Part shown: positions 26,028-32,000 of the stretch, piece by piece
How positions within the stretch are numbered: position 1 is the stretch's first letter
Layout of the letters: each line of letters starts with the position of its first letter
DNA from: Patescibacteria group bacterium
Lineage (GTDB): Bacteria > Patescibacteriota > UBA1384 > XYA2-FULL-43-10
Length of the DNA stretch: 32,000 bases
Assembly: GCA_041674405.1 (NCBI GenBank)
Contig: JBAYVT010000005.1
Span: 1 to 32,000 of the forward strand
Reading direction: 5' to 3'
Position numbers and translations under genes: made by a program
The notes under the pieces: model-generated
Told to the model about the DNA's origin: nothing
Seen by the model: the letters and a program-made list of their open reading frames with translations, nothing else
Database searches by the model: none

Positions 26028-27179
26028 ATGGTTGAAAAACCAAGTTCTGAACTAGAGAACTTTGCCGTAATAAAGGTTATTGGCGTAGGCGGATCTGGAG
26101 GATCGGTTCTTACACGTATGATCAATTCCAAGCTTAGAGGCGTGGAATTTATTGCTATTAATACGGATGCGCAGGCCCTTGCCTTTAATGAATCCCCGGT
26201 TAAAATTCAAATTGGTAAAGACACTACAAGGGGTTTGGGTGCAGGCGCAGATCCCGAGGTTGGGCGAAAGGCGATTGAGGAAAACAAAGAAGAGGTGTAC
26301 GAGGCCCTTAAGGGCGCCGATATGGTATTTGTTACTTGCGGAATGGGTGGTGGTACTGGCACTGGCGCAGCCCCATTCGTCGCCGATATTGCAAAAGAAC
26401 TCGGAGCGCTCACTGTCGGTGTCGTTACAAAACCTTTTTCGTTTGAAGGGCAGAGACGCAAAAAAATTGCTGAAACTGGCATTTCCGAAATGAAAGATAA
26501 AGTCGACACGATTATTACCATTCCCAACGACAGGCTTCTTCAAGTCATCGACAAAAAAACATCATTATTTGACGCATTTGGAGTAGTAGATGATGTTTTG
26601 CGTCAAGGTGTTCAGGGTATTGCTGACCTCATTACTTTACACGGCATTATCAATGTTGACTTCGCTGATGTAAAGGCAATTATGTCCGATGCGGGTTCAG
26701 CTCTTATGGGTATTGGTCATGGATCAGGCGATAATAGGGCAATTGAAGCAGCACGTGCAGCAATCGATTCTCCTCTTCTAGAGCTTTCAATCGACGGGGC
26801 AAAAGGAATTCTCTTTAATATTACCGGTGGCCCTGATCTCGGCATGTACGAAATCGACGAAGCCGCCAAAGCGATTACCGAAGCAGCAGATGCAGATGCA
26901 AATATTATTTTCGGCGCCATCATAGACGAAGCTATGCAAGGAGAAGTTAAGATCACCGTTATTGCCACAGGTTTTGAATCTGATCACACCAAAATTCAAC
27001 GCACGCCAATCTTACAAGAAAGCAGGCCAACAGAAATTCCTTCTTCTCAAATAATCCGACGCGAGGAACGAGAACCGCAGATCGCCATGGAGCCTGAAAC
27101 TAAAGTTGATCGCGGAATGGACGAAGACGATGAAGACGAACTAGAAGTCCCGGCATTTATAAGGCGAAAACTCAAATAA
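26028..27179 (+). CDS. ftsZ: Cell division protein FtsZ
   Basis: [62 protein letters not shown]. Confidence 0.98.
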   Translation: MVEKPSSELENFAVIKVIGVGGSGGSVLTRMINSKLRGVEFIAINTDAQALAFNESPVKIQIGKDTTRGLGAGADPEVGRKAIEENKEEVYEALKGADMVFVTCGMGGGTGTGAAPFVADIAKELGALTVGVVTKPFSFEGQRRKKIAETGISEMKDKVDTIITIPNDRLLQVIDKKTSLFDAFGVVDDVLRQGVQGIADLITLHGIINVDFADVKAIMSDAGSALMGIGHGSGDNRAIEAARAAIDSPLLELSIDGAKGILFNITGGPDLGMYEIDEAAKAITEAADADANIIFGAIIDEAMQGEVKITVIATGFESDHTKIQRTPILQESRPTEIPSSQIIRREEREPQIAMEPETKVDRGMDEDDEDELEVPAFIRRKLK

Positions 27180-27196
27180 TTACAATATACAAAAAG

Positions 27197-27220
27197 TAGC
27201 CTGAAACACGGCTATTTTTT
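27197..27220 (+). terminator. Terminator after ftsZ
   Basis: TAGCC tgaaacac GGCTA followed by TTTTTT. Confidence 0.75.
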
Positions 27221-27223
27221 GTA

Positions 27224-27259
27224 TTGACATACTAGATATAGTTTTTTAAACTATATCTA
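27224..27259 (+). promoter_or_regulatory. Promoter with overlapping perfect palindrome upstream of nrdR
   Basis: TTGACA (27224-27229), 17 bp, TAAACT (27247-27252); inverted repeat TAGATATAGTTT-ttt-AAACTATATCTA (27233-27259). Confidence 0.6.
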
Positions 27260-27260
27260 C

Positions 27261-27282
27261 AACTAATAACTGAAAACTAAAA
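27261..27282. repeat. Dispersed 22-bp AT-rich repeat, copy 2
   Basis: AACTAATAACTGAAAACTAAAA; one mismatch to 17410-17431. Confidence 0.6.
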
Positions 27283-27284
27283 AT

Positions 27285-27307
27285 CCCTAAGGGGGCCCTT
27301 TGGGGCC
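27285..27307. repeat. Paired mini-hairpin element, copy C
   Basis: CCC-TAA-GGG then GGCCC-TTTG-GGGCC. Confidence 0.6.
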
Positions 27308-27370
27308 TAAAAACGAACGGTAAAATTTCATTCGGCTATTGGTTATAAGCTATTAACTTTAAGCTAAACT

Positions 27371-27820
27371 ATGTTGTGCCCTTATTGTAAAAAATCAGAT
27401 ACATCCGTTCTTGACTCTCGAGATGAGATCTCATTTGTGAGGAGGAGGCGAGAGTGCCTTTCATGCTCAGCAAGATTTACCACTTATGAACGCATCGAGC
27501 TTCCAAAACTCAAAGTTGTAAAACGCAACGGAATGCGTGAAGAATACTGCCGAACAAAACTTGCAAAAGGCATAACTATTGCACTCGAAAAACGCCCGTT
27601 CTCTGAGCCACAAATCGATGAAATTGTTTCTGAAATTGAACTTGAATTAATGAAGGCTGGGAAACGTGAAATTGGCTCAAAAGATATCGGAAATATTGTA
27701 ATCAAAAAGTTAAAATCAATTGATGGCGTGGCGTATTTGAGATTTTTGTCGGTATACAAAAAATTTGCCAGTGCTAATAAATTTCAAGTTGAAGCTGAAA
27801 AATTAAATTTAGATAAATAA
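27371..27820 (+). CDS. nrdR: Transcriptional repressor NrdR
   Basis: MLCPYCKKSDTSVLDSRDEISFVRRRRECLSCSARFTTYERIELPKLKVVKRNG zinc ribbon/ATP cone. Confidence 0.96.
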   Translation: MLCPYCKKSDTSVLDSRDEISFVRRRRECLSCSARFTTYERIELPKLKVVKRNGMREEYCRTKLAKGITIALEKRPFSEPQIDEIVSEIELELMKAGKREIGSKDIGNIVIKKLKSIDGVAYLRFLSVYKKFASANKFQVEAEKLNLDK

Positions 27821-27829
27821 AGGAGCCAA

Positions 27830-28165
27830 ATGGATGAAAAAAAGGGCAATGAATTGATTCATCTCGGGAAAGACAATTTTGAGGAGATTATAAATGGCGG
27901 CAAGCCAGCCCTGGTTGACTTCTCCGCAACTTGGTGTGGACCATGCCAAATGATGGCTCCGATTCTTGACGAGATTGCAAAAGAGGAAGATTCGTTTGTA
28001 ACAGCCAAGCTTGATATCGATGATGCTCCGGAGATCGCCGCCAAGTATCACGTGATGTCGGTGCCTAGCTTTCTAGTGTTTGTGGGCGGGGAAGAAAAAG
28101 GCAGGATGATGGGCGCAATGGCCAAAGAAGGTTTGGTTGAAAAAGTCAAAGATTTGTTAAAATAG
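27830..28165 (+). CDS. trxA: Thioredoxin
   Basis: PALVDFSATWCGPCQMMAPILDEIAKE; VMSVPSFLVF. Confidence 0.96.
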   Translation: MDEKKGNELIHLGKDNFEEIINGGKPALVDFSATWCGPCQMMAPILDEIAKEEDSFVTAKLDIDDAPEIAAKYHVMSVPSFLVFVGGEEKGRMMGAMAKEGLVEKVKDLLK

Positions 28166-28211
28166 CCCAGCTATCGCAGGCTTAAACCATGCCTGTTGTA
28201 AAATAATACTA

Positions 28212-28240
28212 TTGACAAAGTCTCACAATTGTGTTATCTT
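28212..28240 (+). promoter_or_regulatory. Sigma70-like promoter
   Basis: TTGACA, 17-bp spacer, TATCTT. Confidence 0.7.
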
Positions 28241-28247
28241 GGAAGAG

Positions 28248-28287
28248 TTGACAATTTCCGGTATAAAAAATAACCGGTGAGCGTCAA
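28248..28287 (+). other. Nested stem at start of the predicted leader transcript
   Basis: TTGAC/GTCAA (28248-28252, 28283-28287) around CCGGT/ACCGG (28258-28262, 28273-28277). Confidence 0.5.
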
Positions 28288-28301
28288 GGTTCTTTATATC
28301 T

Positions 28302-28344
28302 GAAGGCCCCAAAACCTGCAAAGGTGGCGGGGCTTTCGATTTTT
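28302..28344 (+). terminator. Rho-independent terminator upstream of the 28439 ORF
   Basis: GAAGGCCCC aaa ACCT gcaa AGGT ggc GGGGCTTTC followed by gATTTTT. Confidence 0.75.
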
Positions 28345-28438
28345 CAAAGCTGCGTTTCCCATCGTGAATGGAAATATTCCAAATACGATGGGCAGCACAG
28401 CCTGAAGTCGCAGCAAACAACACAGCAAAGGAAGATGC

Positions 28439-28963
28439 ATGATGCGTTATGTGAAGATCATACTGGCTGCATGGTTGGTGGGATTCATGGTAGCCTACGG
28501 GCTTTCCTTCATCCCACCTCGAGGAGAGATCCTCGACAACATCCTTCCGCCCCATGATATGGGCGGGAAGTGGGAGTTGACCGTCAACTCCACTCCTTGG
28601 CACGGTATCAACGCGTGCAAGTGGGAGTGGTGGGTCGACGATGAAACCCCCACAAACATCGAAAGGTCATTCCTCGTTCGCGGCAGCACCGCTGCCAAGG
28701 TCGAAGGAAGGGCGAGCTACTACGGCCTCGTGCTTGGTGGCTTCCGCCCGTGGATTAGTGCAGTTGGTTGGGGAGCGTTCTTTCTCTGGCTCATCACTTT
28801 TGGCCTGCTACGGCAGAACAGAGTCAAGCCAGGAAGGGAATTGTCTTCTTCCCAACGTCGCGCCCAGTCGCCTTGGCGCGACAGCCGTCGGCAATCAGTA
28901 GCACGAATCCGGCAAAAACGCGCTGTTGTCAAGGCCGTTAACCAGATTCCGATTGACGACTAA
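28439..28963 (+). CDS. GC-rich predicted membrane protein, two TM segments, unknown function
   Basis: 174 aa; IILAAWLVGFMVAYGLSFI and AVGWGAFFLWLITFGLL; SD AGGAAG; basic C-terminus. Confidence 0.65.
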   Translation: MMRYVKIILAAWLVGFMVAYGLSFIPPRGEILDNILPPHDMGGKWELTVNSTPWHGINACKWEWWVDDETPTNIERSFLVRGSTAAKVEGRASYYGLVLGGFRPWISAVGWGAFFLWLITFGLLRQNRVKPGRELSSSQRRAQSPWRDSRRQSVARIRQKRAVVKAVNQIPIDD

Positions 28964-29144
28964 GTCGCTCACAGCAGAATGTCTGAGTAGACAGGCGTAT
29001 CGCGCGACCGTTCATATACGGCATGCGTACCGCTCATCGAAAAGCCAACTGCCGGAGTACATGTCAGTGATCGCAATCGTACACCATTCGTACGCAGCGG
29101 ACACTGATGTCACAAAGCCTCTCCCGGGCTTAACAGGGATTTCC

Positions 29145-29177
29145 AACGAGACCGCCCTCCATAGCGGTCTCGTTTTG
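29145..29177 (+). terminator. Terminator downstream of the 28439 ORF
   Basis: AACGAGACCGC cctccata GCGGTCTCGTT + TT; perfect 11-bp stem. Confidence 0.8.
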
Positions 29178-29434
29178 CGTCTATTTTGATAAGATTCAAT
29201 ATCGAACTGATTTACCTGCACCCTAATACCCCAATCAAACATATACCTCAATAATGTTTAATTTCTTCAACATCAACACTAAACCTTGAAAACGTAGCAA
29301 TTCTTCCGCGGTCGCGACAAAAGTGTTACGTTCTGTATCCAAAGATCTTGAAGGAAATTTCATCAGCATATTCACAAATATTGCTATTCCACCAACGAGA
29401 GACTCCACGACAAGGGTAAAAAAATTACTTTCTT

Positions 29435-29442
29435 GCTATAAT
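29435..29442 (+). promoter_or_regulatory. Extended -10 element for the helicase gene
   Basis: TTGCTATAAT (TATAAT 29437-29442), 6 nt before ATG 29449. Confidence 0.6.
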
Positions 29443-29448
29443 TATTCT

Positions 29449-32000
29449 ATGCAGCAAAAAATCGATTTCAATTCATCCTGTGGTCCATCGAATATACTAG
29501 ACGGGCTTAATACCGAGCAGAAAAAAGCAGTCACCCATAAATCTGGCCCGCTTTTGATTATTGCCGGAGCAGGAACAGGTAAAACGAGTGTAATCACGCG
29601 CAGAATCGCTTATCTGATCGAACAGAAACTTGCCAAGCCTTCGGAAATTTTAGCCCTTACATTTACTGAAAAAGCCGCGTCCGAGATGGAAGAGAGGGTG
29701 GACCAGCTTGTTCCTTATGGATATACCGATATGTGGATATCTACCTTCCACGCCTTTGGCGACAGGCTTTTGCGCGATTTTGCCATCGATCTCGGCCTTC
29801 CTGCCAACTTCAAAGTACTTTCAGGTACGGAACAGGCGATATTTATGAGGCAGAATATTTATGCATTTGACCTCAATTATTTCCGACCGGTTGCGAACCC
29901 GATATCACACATTTCAGCGATGCTTTCACATTTCTCACGATTAAAAGACGAATTGATCACACCTGAAACTTATGTTTCTTGGGCACAGAAAATAGAATCA
30001 AAAATCAAAACCCCAAAGGGGTCCCTTCGGGATCACAAGTTTGATGATCCGACAGGTGCAGAAAAAACGCTCGAACTTGCCCATGCCTACCAGAGATATT
30101 GTGATCTCATGATTCAGGCGGGAAATCTTGATTATGGGGATCAGATTTTCTTAAGCTACAAATTACTCTCGGAAAATAAAAAAGTTCTCGCCGAATGCCA
30201 AACAAGATTTAGACATATTCTCGTTGATGAATATCAAGACACAAATCATGCTCAAAATGAGATTATAAAGCTGCTGGCATCCAAGGATAAAAATATTACG
30301 GTCGTTGGTGATGACGATCAATCAATTTATCGTTTTCGCGGAGCCTCAATCTCAAACATTTTGGACTTTGCCGAAACTTACAAAAACACCACCCAAGTAG
30401 TTCTAAATACAAATTATCGTTCAACTCAAGAAATTTTGGATTCATCATACAAACTCATACAAAACAACAATCCAGATCGCCTGGAAGTTAAGAATAAAAT
30501 TAACAAACGTTTAATTTCTAAAACACACGGGGTAAGTCCAGAACTTTTGTTTTGTGATACACTTTCGTGTGAAGCTGATACCTTGGTCAAAAAAATTACT
30601 AATCTTAAAGCCCAAGAAGGTTATAAATATAATGATTTTGCTATTTTAGTTCGCGCCAATAATCAAGCAGAGCCATTTATTCAATCTCTGAACATGTCGG
30701 GGATTCCCTACATGTTTTCCGGTGCATCCGGGCTGTTTGAGCAGCCAGAGATCAAAATGCTCGTCTCATTTCTGAAATGTCTAGTTTACACTGATGACAA
30801 TCTTGCATTTTATCAGCTTGCCACCAGTGAATTATATGGAATCTCACATGACTCAATTGCCGATTTTTACACTTTGGCAAAGAGGGGAAACAGATATTTA
30901 AAATCACTCATTAAATCATATATAAGTAAGCCAGCTGAGCTCAATTTTGGCGAATCCGAGAGAGATAAATTAGTAGAATTGATTTACGATATTGACAATT
31001 TTGCCAATCGTAAAAATGATCCTGTGGGCGAAGTTTTATATGAATATTTAACAGAAAAAAAATATCTAAAGAAGCTGAGTAAAAATCCAAGCGTTGAGGA
31101 CGAGCTTAAAATACATAATATTGCCAAATTTTTTGATCGAATCTCCGAATTCAATCATTCATCAAACGAGAGGGGAGTGCTGAAATTTTTGGAAAACCTC
31201 GAATTGATTCTTGAGGTTGGAGACGAGGTCATTTCTTCTGACATTGATCCCGATATTGATGCGGTTAATATTTTAACCGCACATGCCGCTAAAGGATTGG
31301 AGTGGCCAGTGGTTTTCATTGTAAATTGCGTTGCCGACCGATTTCCATCTCGCAACAAGCGCGATCCACTACCGATACCCGAGGATCTTATTCACGAACA
31401 TCTACCGGAAGGCGATTTTCACCTCGAAGAAGAACGAAGGCTGTTTTATGTTGCTGCAACAAGAGCTAAAGAATATCTCTACCTCACAGCCGGCGAGGAT
31501 TATGGCGGCAAAAGAGCAAAAAAATTATCCCAATTTGCACTCGAACTTCTTGATGAACCAAATTCGGGAAAATTAAAAAACAAACTTAAACCGTTGGAAA
31601 AAATTGAACGATTCAAAAAGTTGGAGTTAAATCACGCTAAATTACCCAATAAATTTAAATCTGAAATTATTAAACTTTCTCGTCAGCAAATTGACGACTA
31701 TTACTCTTGTCCAAAGAAATTTTATTATGCCCACATTATTAAAATACCACTTTTGGAAAATCACTATTTAATGTACGGCACAGCGGTTCATGCCGCACTC
31801 GACCATTATTTCAGCCGCAAAATTTCAGGAGAAAACCCGACGCTCTCACAGCTTCTCGAAGATTATAATCAGGCATTCCGCAATGTCGGCTTCATAACTC
31901 GCGAACAGGAAGAACTGCGTAAGAAGCAGGGGATAGAGACGCTTTCCAAATTCTACGATGAAGATCGAGCGGAGAATTTGATCCCGACCGAGGTTGAAAA
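29449..32000 (+). CDS. UvrD/PcrA-family ATP-dependent helicase with C-terminal PD-(D/E)XK-like region (partial, open at right edge)
   Basis: LNTEQKKAVTHKSGPLLIIAGAGTGKTSVITRRIAYLI, VDEYQDTNHAQNEI, VVGDDDQSIYRFRGA, LTAHAAKGLEWPVVFIV, EEERRLFYVAATRAKEYLYL; later LSRQQIDDYYSCPKKFYYAHI and YGTAVHAALEHYF. Not in the ORF track because no stop in window. Confidence 0.93.
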   Translation, partial: MQQKIDFNSSCGPSNILDGLNTEQKKAVTHKSGPLLIIAGAGTGKTSVITRRIAYLIEQKLAKPSEILALTFTEKAASEMEERVDQLVPYGYTDMWISTFHAFGDRLLRDFAIDLGLPANFKVLSGTEQAIFMRQNIYAFDLNYFRPVANPISHISAMLSHFSRLKDELITPETYVSWAQKIESKIKTPKGSLRDHKFDDPTGAEKTLELAHAYQRYCDLMIQAGNLDYGDQIFLSYKLLSENKKVLAECQTRFRHILVDEYQDTNHAQNEIIKLLASKDKNITVVGDDDQSIYRFRGASISNILDFAETYKNTTQVVLNTNYRSTQEILDSSYKLIQNNNPDRLEVKNKINKRLISKTHGVSPELLFCDTLSCEADTLVKKITNLKAQEGYKYNDFAILVRANNQAEPFIQSLNMSGIPYMFSGASGLFEQPEIKMLVSFLKCLVYTDDNLAFYQLATSELYGISHDSIADFYTLAKRGNRYLKSLIKSYISKPAELNFGESERDKLVELIYDIDNFANRKNDPVGEVLYEYLTEKKYLKKLSKNPSVEDELKIHNIAKFFDRISEFNHSSNERGVLKFLENLELILEVGDEVISSDIDPDIDAVNILTAHAAKGLEWPVVFIVNCVADRFPSRNKRDPLPIPEDLIHEHLPEGDFHLEEERRLFYVAATRAKEYLYLTAGEDYGGKRAKKLSQFALELLDEPNSGKLKNKLKPLEKIERFKKLELNHAKLPNKFKSEIIKLSRQQIDDYYSCPKKFYYAHIIKIPLLENHYLMYGTAVHAALDHYFSRKISGENPTLSQLLEDYNQAFRNVGFITREQEELRKKQGIETLSKFYDEDRAENLIPTEVE
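30011..30032. repeat. Paired mini-hairpin element, copy D, inside helicase CDS
   Basis: CCCC-AAA-GGGG then TCCC-TTC-GGGA; translated in frame as TPKGSLRD. Confidence 0.55.

Noticed and set aside
26052-26543. 163-aa - strand ORF opposite ftsZ
   Set aside because: Antisense shadow of the highly conserved FtsZ GTPase region.
28223-28603. 126-aa - strand ORF across the leader and start of the 28439 gene
   Set aside because: Covers promoter, terminator and the SD-supported gene on the other strand; no recognisable domain.
28926-29189. 87-aa + strand ORF overlapping the end of the 28439 gene
   Set aside because: Reads through the strong terminator hairpin at 29145-29177 and has no SD or recognisable domain.
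1-32000. Toxin-antitoxin, CRISPR-Cas, prophage or retron system in the window
   Set aside because: The only candidate component is an orphan AbrB-like protein at 10656-10871 without a recognisable partner; no cas, integrase, RT or phage structural signatures were found.

Overview
This 32 kb window is an AT-leaning bacterial chromosome segment, almost entirely co-oriented on the + strand. It carries mostly housekeeping genes. In order: nusA, clpC-type ATPase, rel (RelA/SpoT), hisS, a TrmH/SpoU methyltransferase, a TRAM/4Fe-4S uracil methyltransferase (RlmD/TrmA family), lexA, a small Zn-ribbon protein, an AbrB-like protein, 3-methyladenine glycosylase, DUF362, a LytR_C-like protein, small membrane proteins, a PPC/DUF296 protein, trxB, a polysaccharide deacetylase, rarA, DUF3048, eno. 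These are followed by an SLT transglycosylase and a small protein on the - strand, then a SprT-like metallopeptidase, HIT protein, rpsU, yqeY, a short membrane HD protein, ybeY, dgkA, ftsA, ftsZ, nrdR, trxA, a GC-rich membrane ORF, and a UvrD-family helicase with a probable PD-(D/E)XK domain that runs off the right edge. No CRISPR array, transposase, prophage, rRNA or tRNA was recognised. The most interesting signals are non-coding: (1) a strongly conserved ~21-bp direct-repeat operator (GTTC-N7-GTTY core) found twice upstream of lexA and once upstream of rarA, a candidate SOS box resembling the alphaproteobacterial direct-repeat type; (2) extended -10 boxes only 6-7 nt upstream of start codons, suggesting leaderless mRNAs; (3) a family of paired mini-hairpins, one copy embedded in frame in the helicase gene; (4) a highly structured 400-bp gap between rel and hisS; (5) a promoter plus ~100-nt terminated leader before a GC-rich membrane-protein ORF; (6) a 5' hairpin over the clpC Shine-Dalgarno/start and another just before lexA; (7) three GC-rich small-gene islands with their own terminators. 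Whether any of these is truly undescribed cannot be decided without database searches.
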